Below are positions 1 to 9,417 of a stretch of 64,000 bases of DNA, one piece after another. This DNA is from Bdellovibrio sp. (GTDB lineage Bacteria; Bdellovibrionota; Bdellovibrionia; Bdellovibrionales; Bdellovibrionaceae): contig JAKFCY010000002.1 in NCBI GenBank assembly GCA_036676395.1, positions 672,001-736,000 on the forward strand, read 5' to 3'. Both the position numbers and the translations under genes were made by a program. The notes below the pieces were generated by a model that saw only the letters and a program-made list of their open reading frames with translations, was not told the origin of the DNA and did no database searches. Each line of letters starts with the position of its first letter. Positions within the stretch are counted from its first letter, which is position 1.

Positions 1-1
1 T

Positions 2-3000
2 GGAACGACAACACCGGTGACAGCGCTTCAAGTTTCAGGTGGTGTACGTATCAGCATGGAATCTGCTATTTGTGCCACAAGTTATGCGGGAACTTTACGT
101 TATAATTCTGGCAACGTGGAATTTTGTAACGGTGCAAGCTGGTCGGCCTTCGGTGTAGCTGGAGCTGGAATAACAAATTTCAATGGTTCAACTTCCGGCT
201 CGCAAACTTTTGCCAATGGTACGACAGGTACAGCTCCTTTATTTGTAACCACTAATGGCGTGCATACATTAAATATTCCACTTGCATCAGCAGGCTCTGT
301 GACGGCGGGCCTTTTATCGAATGCGGATTACGCAACGTTCATGAATAAGATGACATCAAGTTCTGCAAGTATCGCACAAGCGTTAGGTTATACACCAGCA
401 GCCAGTGGTGCGATCGCTATTGCTGATTTAACAGATGCACACACTAATTCTAACGACAGTATTTTTATCGGTGTCGGTACACCCCAATCGGGGACAACAT
501 CCAATAATACAGCGCTCGGAGTAAGTGCTTTAGCGTTGCTTACCGACGGTTCAGAAAACGTCGCGATCGGCAAAGAAGCTTTGTATAGTAACACCAGCGG
601 TTATGCCAATACTGCAATCGGGTGGGAATCTTTATTTTCTAATACTACGGGTGGAAATAACACTTCTGTGGGTAATGAATCAATGGCGGCGAATACGACA
701 GGTTATTCTAATAGTGCGCTCGGAAGTTGGGCTTTATATAGAAATACAACTGGTAGCTTCAACGTAGCTCTTGGTGAGGCAGCCATAGATTATAATACGA
801 GTGGTAATTATAACATTGGTATTGGTATGACAGCGGGACGTTATAATACCAATGGCAATTACAATACGTTTCTTGGATCAAACGCTGGACGAGGTCAAGG
901 AACTAATCTTTCAAATGTTTCAGGAAGCACTTTGGTTGGTTACAGTGCGGGATCAAATATTCTTACGGGCGCGAATGGCAATACACTTTTAGGTTATAAA
1001 GTGGGTGATAATATCACAACCGGATCTAAGAACATCGTCATCGGTTATGATATCGATGCCACAACAGCTACGGCTTCTAACACATTAAACATTGGAAATC
1101 TTATTTTTGGTACAGAAGTAAATGGTGTAGGTACGGCTATTTCTACAGGCAACGTCGGAATTGGCATCACTGACCCAAAAGCCATATTACATTTAAAAGC
1201 AGGAACCACAGCGGCCAATACGGCTCCTTTGAAATTTACCAGCGGAACATTACTTACCTCTCCAGAATCAGGGACTGTTGAATATGATGGAACTAATTTA
1301 TATTTCACTGATAGTACAAATATCCGTAGAACGATAACTTCGACAGCCGGTGCAGGAACATACGATAGTGCTTCACTGATTTCAAATTCTGGTAATATCA
1401 CGATGTATCCAAATAGCGGAGCGGGCAGCGTTATTGTATCTGCCACAACGGCTTCAACGTCATCAAACACGGGAGCTCTTGTTGTAAAAGGTGGTGTAGG
1501 TGTTACAGGAGATATTAATGTATCAGGTACAATCAGCGCGACAGTAGGCTTAGTTACGCCATTAGTTGTTGGAAGCAATGCCTCGAGCGGAAGTCTAACC
1601 TTAAATTCAACGACTCATGCTAATAAAGGAAATATTTATATTTCGCCGCAAGACGCCGGTAAAGTGGCGATCGGTAATGTCGATCCGTTGGTAGGATTGC
1701 ATGTGCAAAAACCAGGTCCACTTAATTTAGTCGCGATATTTCAAGCCGGCGCAAGTTCGGGATCAATCGCTTTAGGAACCAATGCAACTTACCCAGCATC
1801 AGGTGGGCAAGTGCAAGGGTTAGATGGATCGGGTGCAGCCGGTTCATTAGTTTTAAATGCGATCGGTGGTTTTGTCGGAATCGGAACCGCGGCGCCATTG
1901 GCACCTCTTCATATAAGAAGACCATTTGGTTCTAGTCAGTCGTTACTCTTAGAAGGTGATTCTGCATCGACTGGAACTCCAAAACTTACATTTTTAGATA
2001 CTAACGGTGGATCTACGCAAGGCCATATTGGGTTCGATGCCACAAATGGTTTTAGCATGATGGGTGGTAAAGTTGGAATCGGTACTGTGTCTCCAGCAGG
2101 TGTACTCGAAATCAATACTCCGGATGCAACGCCAAATATTTTATTAAGCCGTACAGCTATGGCAACCAAATGGGCTATTCGTAATTCAAATAATGGCGTG
2201 AGTGATACGTTGTTAATCGGAGATAATGCAAATAATCTATCAGGCATTTCTATTGAAGCATCGGGCCGCGTAGGAATTGGGTTAACAATACCGGTAACTC
2301 AATTAGATGTATCAGGTGCAATTCGCATCAGCGATGATCAAACCGCGTGTAGTTCTGCAAACAAAGGGGCGATGCGTTTTAATCAGTCGACAAATATTTT
2401 TCAAATGTGTGATGGGATTTCGTGGAATACCTCGGCCAGTGCCGATTTGATTCCTGCAAGTTCGGTTGTGCTGATGTCGTCGTGTCCAGTAGGTTGGACA
2501 AATAATGGACTAGCTTCGGCTGCTGGACAGGGGGCGGTAACATGTAGTGGTATTACTTGTAGTCTTTGTCAGGCGCCAAGTGCTTCACTCGTGCCAGCAA
2601 GTTCAAATATGTTAATGGAGTCTTGCCCGTCGGGTTGGACAACCATGAATAAAGCCGGAGGCCCGGGTCGTTCTGGTTATACCCTAAGCGGCAGCATTGT
2701 TGATTTTGTGACTTGTCAATCTCCGGCGATAAGTTCTGTTATGCCCAAAGGTAGTCGTGTCATAATGCAATTTTGTCCGGCGGCGTGGAATGATTTAGGT
2801 GATTCAGGACCAGGGCAAATTCTGGCAACTTGCGGAGCAATACCTTGTCGTGTGTGTGAAGTTCCAGGCGGCGTAGCAAATCCAAGAGTGCTTTACGGTG
2901 GTACCGCTAGTGGTTCTGCAGCTTTAGGGGCTGAAGTAAGTATTATCGGCGGGCGTGGTGGTTCAACATCTGGCCAAGGAGGCCAAGTAAATATTCGCGG

Positions 3001-4549
3001 TGGTATGGCGAACGATGGTTTGGGCGGATCAGTGTTTATTAATGCAGGAGCCGCATCAACAACTACGAACACTAGCTATGCAGGGGCATCTATTTATTTA
3101 GAAGCGGGTGATGGTGTTGTTAGTGGTATCGGAGGAGTAATCAGTTTAAAAGCTGGCAAATCAGTAGAGGGAATCTTCGAAGATATTCATTTGCAATCCA
3201 CTGGTGGTCGTGTCGGCATCGGTACGACAAATCCCGAACAACGACTTCATGTTGCGGGTAATTCAGCACTGTTAGGTTCATTACAAACAAATATTTCAGC
3301 TTATGCCAGTGGTGGTATTCGCTTAACTGGCAATGGTGGAGCCTCGCAAGAAGCAATTTCTTTTTGGGGTGGTAATAGTGGCGGTGGTGCCGCGATTGCT
3401 TTTAGACGCGATGATAATTTAGGAAGTTATCTTGATTTTTACACAGATGATACCGGTTTCGGAAACATCACCCATGCAGCGACACTTAATAATTTAGGTA
3501 ATTTTGGTATAGGAACAGCTTCGCCAACCACTAGATTGCATGTAGCAAACTCTTCAACAGTAACAAATGCAGTAGCGACTTTAGAATCGACCGGAGCTGG
3601 CGGCAGACCTTACATGAAATTTCGCGGCGACGGTGCAGATATGGGTTATGTCGGTTACGGCAGTACGGCTCAACCCAATTTAATTCTTATGAACTATGTT
3701 TCTGGCCCGACCTACTTAGGAACAAATTCAGTAATACGCATGAGCATTACATCTGCAGGCTCAGTCGGTATCGGCACGCAAACACCAGAAAATTTATTAG
3801 ATGTCGCAGGCATTGCACAAGTAAATTACTTAAGGGTAGATGTTTCCGATGCCATCAGCGAGGGCGGAGAAATCCAGCTAATGGGTTCACCGACGTACAC
3901 AAATCTTCAGTTAGATAATTTTCAGGGAAATTTTAGAATACACACTTTGGCTGCGGGTAAAAAGATGCAGGTTCTAGGTGGTACGATGTCAGTTGAAGGA
4001 GCTAGTGGCACGAATTATTTTGCGGCAGCCGTGGGTATTGGCAATCCTTCGCCAGCTGTGGCTCTTGATGTGACCGGTGACATCCGCGGAACAGGTACTG
4101 TGGCGACGTGGTCAGATTTGCGCACAAAGAAAAATATCAAAGTGATTCCTGATTCGCTAAATAAAATTTTACATCTTCGGGGTGTGGGTTTTGATTGGCG
4201 CACTGATGAATTTCCGGATAAAAAATTTAAAACGACCCCTGATATCGGGGTGATTGCTCAGGAAGTTGAAAAAGTATTTCCTGAAGTTGTTAAAACTTCA
4301 TCTGATGGTTATAAATCTGTTGGATATGCGCAGTTAGTGGCCCCGTTAATTGAAGCGGTTAAAGAGCTTTATTATAAAATCACAGGTGTCGAGCGTAAGA
4401 TTGATCGCACGGTAGCTGCAGTCGCAAGTATCGAAGCTAAAAAAGCGGATAAAACTGAAGTGGATGCTTTAAAAGCTGAAAATGCAGAGCTAAAATCTCG
4501 TTTAGACCGCTTAGAAAAAATGATGCTAAACCAGCAAAAATCGAAATAA
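2..4549 (+). CDS. Large trimeric fibre adhesin (phage tail-fibre-like) with C-terminal S74 intramolecular chaperone; 5'-truncated by window edge
   Basis: Frame is open from base 2. It has 14-aa NTxGxxNxAxG beta-roll repeats, nine xxVGIGxxxP-type repeats, and a C-terminal WSDLRTKKNI...GVIAQEVEKVFPEVV S74 signature followed by a coiled coil. Confidence 0.85.
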   Translation, partial: GTTTPVTALQVSGGVRISMESAICATSYAGTLRYNSGNVEFCNGASWSAFGVAGAGITNFNGSTSGSQTFANGTTGTAPLFVTTNGVHTLNIPLASAGSVTAGLLSNADYATFMNKMTSSSASIAQALGYTPAASGAIAIADLTDAHTNSNDSIFIGVGTPQSGTTSNNTALGVSALALLTDGSENVAIGKEALYSNTSGYANTAIGWESLFSNTTGGNNTSVGNESMAANTTGYSNSALGSWALYRNTTGSFNVALGEAAIDYNTSGNYNIGIGMTAGRYNTNGNYNTFLGSNAGRGQGTNLSNVSGSTLVGYSAGSNILTGANGNTLLGYKVGDNITTGSKNIVIGYDIDATTATASNTLNIGNLIFGTEVNGVGTAISTGNVGIGITDPKAILHLKAGTTAANTAPLKFTSGTLLTSPESGTVEYDGTNLYFTDSTNIRRTITSTAGAGTYDSASLISNSGNITMYPNSGAGSVIVSATTASTSSNTGALVVKGGVGVTGDINVSGTISATVGLVTPLVVGSNASSGSLTLNSTTHANKGNIYISPQDAGKVAIGNVDPLVGLHVQKPGPLNLVAIFQAGASSGSIALGTNATYPASGGQVQGLDGSGAAGSLVLNAIGGFVGIGTAAPLAPLHIRRPFGSSQSLLLEGDSASTGTPKLTFLDTNGGSTQGHIGFDATNGFSMMGGKVGIGTVSPAGVLEINTPDATPNILLSRTAMATKWAIRNSNNGVSDTLLIGDNANNLSGISIEASGRVGIGLTIPVTQLDVSGAIRISDDQTACSSANKGAMRFNQSTNIFQMCDGISWNTSASADLIPASSVVLMSSCPVGWTNNGLASAAGQGAVTCSGITCSLCQAPSASLVPASSNMLMESCPSGWTTMNKAGGPGRSGYTLSGSIVDFVTCQSPAISSVMPKGSRVIMQFCPAAWNDLGDSGPGQILATCGAIPCRVCEVPGGVANPRVLYGGTASGSAALGAEVSIIGGRGGSTSGQGGQVNIRGGMANDGLGGSVFINAGAASTTTNTSYAGASIYLEAGDGVVSGIGGVISLKAGKSVEGIFEDIHLQSTGGRVGIGTTNPEQRLHVAGNSALLGSLQTNISAYASGGIRLTGNGGASQEAISFWGGNSGGGAAIAFRRDDNLGSYLDFYTDDTGFGNITHAATLNNLGNFGIGTASPTTRLHVANSSTVTNAVATLESTGAGGRPYMKFRGDGADMGYVGYGSTAQPNLILMNYVSGPTYLGTNSVIRMSITSAGSVGIGTQTPENLLDVAGIAQVNYLRVDVSDAISEGGEIQLMGSPTYTNLQLDNFQGNFRIHTLAAGKKMQVLGGTMSVEGASGTNYFAAAVGIGNPSPAVALDVTGDIRGTGTVATWSDLRTKKNIKVIPDSLNKILHLRGVGFDWRTDEFPDKKFKTTPDIGVIAQEVEKVFPEVVKTSSDGYKSVGYAQLVAPLIEAVKELYYKITGVERKIDRTVAAVASIEAKKADKTEVDALKAENAELKSRLDRLEKMMLNQQKSK

Positions 4550-4678
4550 TTGTAAAGATCAGGATCATTCAATATCGTCAATCTCCCAATTAAGCTTAGG
4601 CTTTGGCTGTTTCGATTTATTATAGCCGTCTTCATATTCCGGATTCCCACCCACAAGTCTTCTCATTTCGTAATTACT

Positions 4679-4690
4679 GGGCACCGCCCC
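4679..4690. repeat. GC-rich motif GGGCACCGCCCC; exact reverse complement at 5120-5131 and a 10-bp copy at 4864-4873
   Basis: Direct sequence comparison. Confidence 0.6.
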
Positions 4691-4719
4691 TGAACGTCGT
4701 GTTGCATTGGTTTACACGC

Positions 4720-5352
4720 ATGCAACAAACATCTTTTTTAAGAACTCAGCGATTTTCTAAACTTCACGGCGGAGAACCTTCTATTGGGCGTCGGCGTGCG
4801 CGCAGGCCCCTGACGACGAAACTTCCGATTCATGTGACTTTACGCTCTGATTTTGCCTACGGCGGGCGGTGCCTTATGAAACACCACAAATTGATCTATG
4901 CTATTCTGCGCAAGGCCTCAAAACGATTTAATATTTCAATCTACGAGCGCGCGATTTGTGGTAATCATATTCATCTTTTAGTGCGTGGAAAAAAACGTAT
5001 AGATTTACAGAATTTTTTTCGGGTGGTGGCTGGTCATATTGCTCAACAGATCTTGCTTCAGTTTCCGATCCGTCAAAACGAGCGATTAGCTACGAAATTA
5101 CTGAATCGCCGTAAGCAGCGGGGCGGTGCCCCCCTAGTTCATGAAAATAAATGTAAGCACCCGAAAAATCAGTATAAATTTTGGCAGGCGTTGGTGTTTT
5201 CAAGACTACTTTCAGGATGGGGACGCGAGTATCAAAGCGTGAAAAAATATATCGTGCAGAATACATTAGAAGCGCTGAAGCTTATTCCTTATCAACAACG
5301 TAAACATCGCTACAATGTTCAATATAACCAAAAAGTGAATAATACTTCATAG
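4720..5352 (+). mobile_element. Y1 HUH transposase (IS200/RAYT-like)
   Basis: Motifs HVTLR, NHIHLL (HUH), KFW and YIVQN (catalytic Tyr). ATG at 4720 chosen over TTG at 4603. Confidence 0.75.
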
Positions 5353-5425
5353 TAAAAGAACGTAAAGAGCGTCAAAACTTTCGACACTGTTTGTAGTCAA
5401 TAGGGTAAAACTTTTACGTGGACTG

Positions 5426-5442
5426 TTGGCCCTGCAATCGCA
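5426..5442 (+). promoter_or_regulatory. Possible sigma54 -24/-12 promoter of alpha-amylase
   Basis: TTGGCCCTGCAATCGCA, GG-N10-GC spacing. Confidence 0.35.
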
Positions 5443-5481
5443 TTCCTACAGATTGAAAAACACCTGTTAAAGTCTCAAGTT

Positions 5482-6924
5482 ATGACATATGCAAATAAAT
5501 TTTTAGCGGCATTCATTTTAACTTCAAGCTTATTAGCCGAGGCATCCCCTCGTACGGTAATGGTGCATTTATTTGAATGGAAATGGAATGATATCGCCTA
5601 TGAATGCGAAACGTACTTGGGGCCAAATGGGTTTGCCGGTGTGCAAGTATCGCCGCCAAATGAACATGCCATTGTCGATGGCCAACCATGGTATCAACGT
5701 TATCAACCAGTGTCTTATATTTTAAACTCGCGTTCAGGAAATCGTGAAGAATTCGTCAACATGGTTAAAACTTGTAAAAAAGCAGGCGTGGATATTTACG
5801 TTGATGCCGTTATCAATCACATGACAGGTATTTTACCCCAAGACGAACAGCGCACAGGTTCTTCGGGGTCGCGTTTTGGCCATTTTAGTTATCCAGATTA
5901 CAGTTATAATGATTTTCATCACTGTGGCCGCAACGGTAATGATCAAATTAATAATTATGGCGATCGATATGAAGTGCAAAACTGTGCACTTGTTGGCTTG
6001 GCTGATTTAAGTATCGAAAAAGATTACGTGCGTGATCGCATCGCGCAATACCTGAATGATTTAGTTGATATTGGTGTTGCAGGTTTTCGTATTGATGCTG
6101 CAAAACACATGTCGACCGATTCTTTAAATGAAATTTTAAAACGTGTAAAAGGTAATGCTTATATTTACCAAGAAGTGATTGATCAAGGCGGCGAAGCCAT
6201 TTCTGCAAATGAATATTTTCAAAATGGGGATGTCACTGAATTTAAATACAGTCTTGATTTATCACGCGTCATGCAAGGTGGAAGATTACACTGGCTAAAT
6301 GATAAAGCTCGGTTCGGCGAGGGCTGGGGCTACATGTCTAGCGAAAATGCTATCGTCTTTGTAGATAATCATGATAATCAGCGCGGTCACGGTGGTGGTG
6401 GCCACATTTTAAATTATCAAAACGGTCGCGACTATGAATTAGCCAGCGTATTAATGCTGGCTTGGCCTTACGGTTACCCGCAAGTGATGTCGAGTTTTGC
6501 TTTTACTAGCCCGAACACTTCGCCCCCGGCATTTGCTGATGGCAGCACAAAGTCAGTTGATTGTTTATCGCGTGCACAAGGACCGCAAGCTCAAGAAGGT
6601 TGGGTGTGTGAACACCGTTGGTCCATGATTCGTGAAATGGTGAACTTCAGAAATGTAACAAGCTCTAAATTTACTCTGAATAATTGGTGGAGCAATGGTA
6701 ATAACCAAATCGCTTTTTCTAGAGGAGATTTAGGTTTTGTTGTGATTAACCATGAAAATCAAGAATTAAAACAAACCCTGCAAACTGGATTGTCGCAAGG
6801 TTTGTATTGTGATGTTTTAAGTCAAAATTGCGAGCGCAAAGTTGAAGTGCGCGCAAATGGTGAAGCTGAAATTACAGTGTCAGCCCAAAGTGCCGCTGCA
6901 ATTCACGTCGGTCGCAAACTTTAA
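5482..6924 (+). CDS. amy: Secreted alpha-amylase, GH13 (animal/actinomycete-like)
   Basis: Signal peptide; motifs HLFEWKW, DAVINH, GFRIDAAKH, YQEVID, FVDNHDNQRGHGG. Confidence 0.92.
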   Translation: MTYANKFLAAFILTSSLLAEASPRTVMVHLFEWKWNDIAYECETYLGPNGFAGVQVSPPNEHAIVDGQPWYQRYQPVSYILNSRSGNREEFVNMVKTCKKAGVDIYVDAVINHMTGILPQDEQRTGSSGSRFGHFSYPDYSYNDFHHCGRNGNDQINNYGDRYEVQNCALVGLADLSIEKDYVRDRIAQYLNDLVDIGVAGFRIDAAKHMSTDSLNEILKRVKGNAYIYQEVIDQGGEAISANEYFQNGDVTEFKYSLDLSRVMQGGRLHWLNDKARFGEGWGYMSSENAIVFVDNHDNQRGHGGGGHILNYQNGRDYELASVLMLAWPYGYPQVMSSFAFTSPNTSPPAFADGSTKSVDCLSRAQGPQAQEGWVCEHRWSMIREMVNFRNVTSSKFTLNNWWSNGNNQIAFSRGDLGFVVINHENQELKQTLQTGLSQGLYCDVLSQNCERKVEVRANGEAEITVSAQSAAAIHVGRKL

Positions 6925-7131
6925 TTAGCCATGGCGGTGAGAGCCTGAATGTTGTGAGGTATGTTTAGACTTCACAGCTTTTCCAGCTCCGCCGGTTTTT
7001 TTATTAACCGTAGCCCAGGCAATACGTTCACTGGCTTTTTCTGAGCGGCCTTGTTTTTTTTCGCTCTCTTCAATATGTTCGGCCATTCTTTTTTGTTTAT
7101 CTGTGTATTTGGCTTTGCTTCCTTTTGCCAT
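6925..7131 (-). CDS. Small basic stress-associated protein (KYTDKQKR..AWATVNK family), 68 aa
   Basis: AGGAGG RBS before ATG at 7131; recognisable YTDKQKRxAEHIEE...IAWATVNK motif. Confidence 0.75.
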   Translation of the reverse strand: MAKGSKAKYTDKQKRMAEHIEESEKKQGRSEKASERIAWATVNKKTGGAGKAVKSKHTSQHSGSHRHG

Positions 7132-7141
7132 AAAAATCCTC

Positions 7142-8065
7142 CTAATTGATTGGTAATCCACCTGTGACGGGGATAATTGTTCCGGTGATATAACTTGAAT
7201 CTGCATCTGATGCTAAAAACACATACAGCGGGGCAAGCTCTTCGGGTTGCGCCGGTCTTTCGATCGGCTGTTTTTTGCCGAAGGTTTTTATTTTTTCTTT
7301 TTTTGCACCTGCATCTGAGGGGTTAAGCGGTGTCCACACCGGACCGGGTGCCACCGCATTGACCCGAATACCTTTTTTAACCAGTGATTGTGCTAAAGAT
7401 TTTGTGAAAGTATTAATAGCCCCTTTGGTGGCGGCATAGTCTGGTAAATCATGAGGGCCCATCGCTGCTGTTTGAGAACTTGTAACGATAATAGATGAAC
7501 CTTGTTTTAAATATTTAAGTGCAGCTTTTGCTAAATGAAAATAAGCATAAATATTTACTTTAAAAGTAAGATCCCATTCTTTAGTTGTGACTTCGTCCAA
7601 AGAATCTTTTCGCATTTGGTGAGCTGCATTGCTGACCAGAATATCTAAGCCACCTAATTCTTTGGCAGCAGTTGTTACAGCTTTTTTACAAAATGCTTCT
7701 CGGCTTAAATCGCCTTCTATTAAAATGCAGCGCCGATTATAAAGTTCAACTAAGTGTTTTGTCAGCTCTGCATCTTTACGTTCACGGGCGGTATAAACGA
7801 TAGCTACATCAGCACCTTCACGCGCATAAAGCACAGCAACGGCTCTGCCGATTCCACTATCACCTCCGGTAATTAAAGCTTTTTTATTTTCAAGCTTGTT
7901 GGCCGAACGATAAAGAGCGGCCTGCCACTGCGGTTGGTTTTTCATTTTATGTTCTAAGCCCGGAGATTTTTGTTTTGGTTCACGAAATGGAGGTTGCGGG
8001 CGGCTGAGCCTAGGTTGTTTTTTTATCTGAGGTTTTGTTGATTTTTCTGAGTGGGCAGTGCGCAT
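7142..8065 (-). CDS. SDR oxidoreductase, general-stress YdaD/YhxC/YghA type
   Basis: TGGDSGIG, YAATK and PGPVWTPL motifs; N-terminal PPF..Q..PGLE..M extension. Confidence 0.9.
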   Translation of the reverse strand: MRTAHSEKSTKPQIKKQPRLSRPQPPFREPKQKSPGLEHKMKNQPQWQAALYRSANKLENKKALITGGDSGIGRAVAVLYAREGADVAIVYTARERKDAELTKHLVELYNRRCILIEGDLSREAFCKKAVTTAAKELGGLDILVSNAAHQMRKDSLDEVTTKEWDLTFKVNIYAYFHLAKAALKYLKQGSSIIVTSSQTAAMGPHDLPDYAATKGAINTFTKSLAQSLVKKGIRVNAVAPGPVWTPLNPSDAGAKKEKIKTFGKKQPIERPAQPEELAPLYVFLASDADSSYITGTIIPVTGGLPIN

Positions 8066-8097
8066 AAATATCTTCTTTCGTTAAACACAAAAGTTTT

Positions 8098-8114
8098 TGC
8101 AAAACCAAGACCCG
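8098..8114 (-). promoter_or_regulatory. Sigma54-like site GGTCTT-N4-TTGCA upstream of SDR gene
   Basis: Minus strand reads CGGGTCTTGGTTTTGCA; same core as 8540-8556. Confidence 0.4.
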
Positions 8115-8227
8115 GTAAATAAGCGAGGCATTATAGTTCGATCCTGTAGCAGGGCAGTGTGGCAAAAAAGTTTGGAATAAAAGTTGAACTTAATTTCACA
8201 AACAGTTCTCAACAAAAAGGAGACGTT

Positions 8228-8419
8228 ATGAAAAATGTTAAAAATGAAGCTCCGCTTTCAAAAAAAGTTGGTGATAAACTAGAACGTGTAGGTCAAAAAA
8301 TTTCAAATTCTGGCGCCGAAAAAATCGGTTCTTTTGTCTCTAGAATGGGTGATAAGTTAGAACATTCTGGCGATGATAAACCAGATACTGAAGACACTTT
8401 TAGAAAAACAAATAAATAG
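8228..8419 (+). CDS. Small hydrophilic protein (63 aa) with two GDKLE motifs; possibly CsbD/LEA-like
   Basis: AAAGGAG RBS before ATG at 8228; followed by a terminator. Confidence 0.7.
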   Translation: MKNVKNEAPLSKKVGDKLERVGQKISNSGAEKIGSFVSRMGDKLEHSGDDKPDTEDTFRKTNK

Positions 8420-8442
8420 TTAATTAGAAAAAATTTGATTTT

Positions 8443-8481
8443 AAAAAAGGCCGGCGTTTCACGAAGACGTCGGCCTTTTTT
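8443..8481 (+). terminator. Intrinsic terminator
   Basis: AAAAAAGGCCGGCGTTTC-ACG-AAGACGTCGGCCTTTTTT hairpin with T tract. Confidence 0.8.
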
Positions 8482-8539
8482 GTACCAAATTGTCTTATGC
8501 AGGGCAGATCGTTGAGGCATTTTTTTATATATACAAAAA

Positions 8540-8556
8540 TTGGTCTTAGAGTTGCA
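8540..8556 (+). promoter_or_regulatory. Sigma54-like site GGTCTT-N4-TTGCA upstream of the disordered-protein gene
   Basis: TTGGTCTTAGAGTTGCA, GG-N10-GC spacing. Confidence 0.4.
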
Positions 8557-8632
8557 ACATTCGAAAAAAAAGATTTGATTCAGAAAAGTTTTTTGCGAAT
8601 TAAAGCTAATAAAATAAATATAAGGAGTAATC

Positions 8633-9394
8633 GTGCAACAAACAAAAAGTGCCTCATCAAAAAGAGGAACTCACCCTACAACTAAACGTGCAGCAGCAAA
8701 GCGCTCATCAACAGCTTCATCAGGAAGGTCACGTTCTAACTTAAGAGAAGAAGATCAATATGAAAGATCAATGGGTACACGTGGTGAACGTGAAGGCTAC
8801 GGACGCGACTCAGGCACCCGCGAATCAGGATTCGGTCGGGGCGACAGAACTGGTGACTATGGGCGCGAAGGCGTGCGCACAATCTCAGGCCGTTATTCTG
8901 ATTTCGAAGACTACGGTGGAAGTTCCCGCAGCTGGCAAGATCGCGATGAGAGTGACAGAGGATTTGCGCGCGGTGGTCGTCGTGGAGAGTACTCTTCATC
9001 TAATGACCAAGATTTTTACGAAGGAAGTTCAGGACGCAGTCCATGGTGCGGAACCTACGATACAGACAGAAATGATACTTATCGTGGTTCTTCGCGCAGT
9101 CAGAATTATGGCGGGCAAGGCCGAGAATATTCTGAACATGAGTCTGATGACGACAGCCGAATGAATCCACGAGGTGGCCGCTACGGCAGTTACCGTGGAT
9201 ACAATGAAGGATCAGATTATTCTGATCGCGACCGTAACAGTGAGCGTGAAAGTCTTTACGGCTCGAGTCGCGGCGATCAATTTGGATCGTACAGAGATCG
9301 TGATGAAAGATGGATGAATAATTATGATAACCAAGATGAATCTGTTGAAGATGAATACGGTTATCGTCAACGTTACAACGAAAACCGCTATTAA
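8633..9394 (+). CDS. Low-complexity R/G/S/D/Y-rich intrinsically disordered protein
   Basis: AAGGAG RBS and GTG start; 253 aa with very few aliphatic residues and RGG/YG/DRD motifs. Confidence 0.75.
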   Translation: MQQTKSASSKRGTHPTTKRAAAKRSSTASSGRSRSNLREEDQYERSMGTRGEREGYGRDSGTRESGFGRGDRTGDYGREGVRTISGRYSDFEDYGGSSRSWQDRDESDRGFARGGRRGEYSSSNDQDFYEGSSGRSPWCGTYDTDRNDTYRGSSRSQNYGGQGREYSEHESDDDSRMNPRGGRYGSYRGYNEGSDYSDRDRNSERESLYGSSRGDQFGSYRDRDERWMNNYDNQDESVEDEYGYRQRYNENRY

Positions 9395-9417
9395 ATAGCA
9401 CAACAAAGGAGAACACT

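Noticed and set aside
500..1050. Periodic sequence in the fibre gene as a CRISPR or DNA tandem repeat
   Set aside because: The periodicity is a 14-aa protein repeat with divergent codons; there are no identical DNA repeats with spacers.
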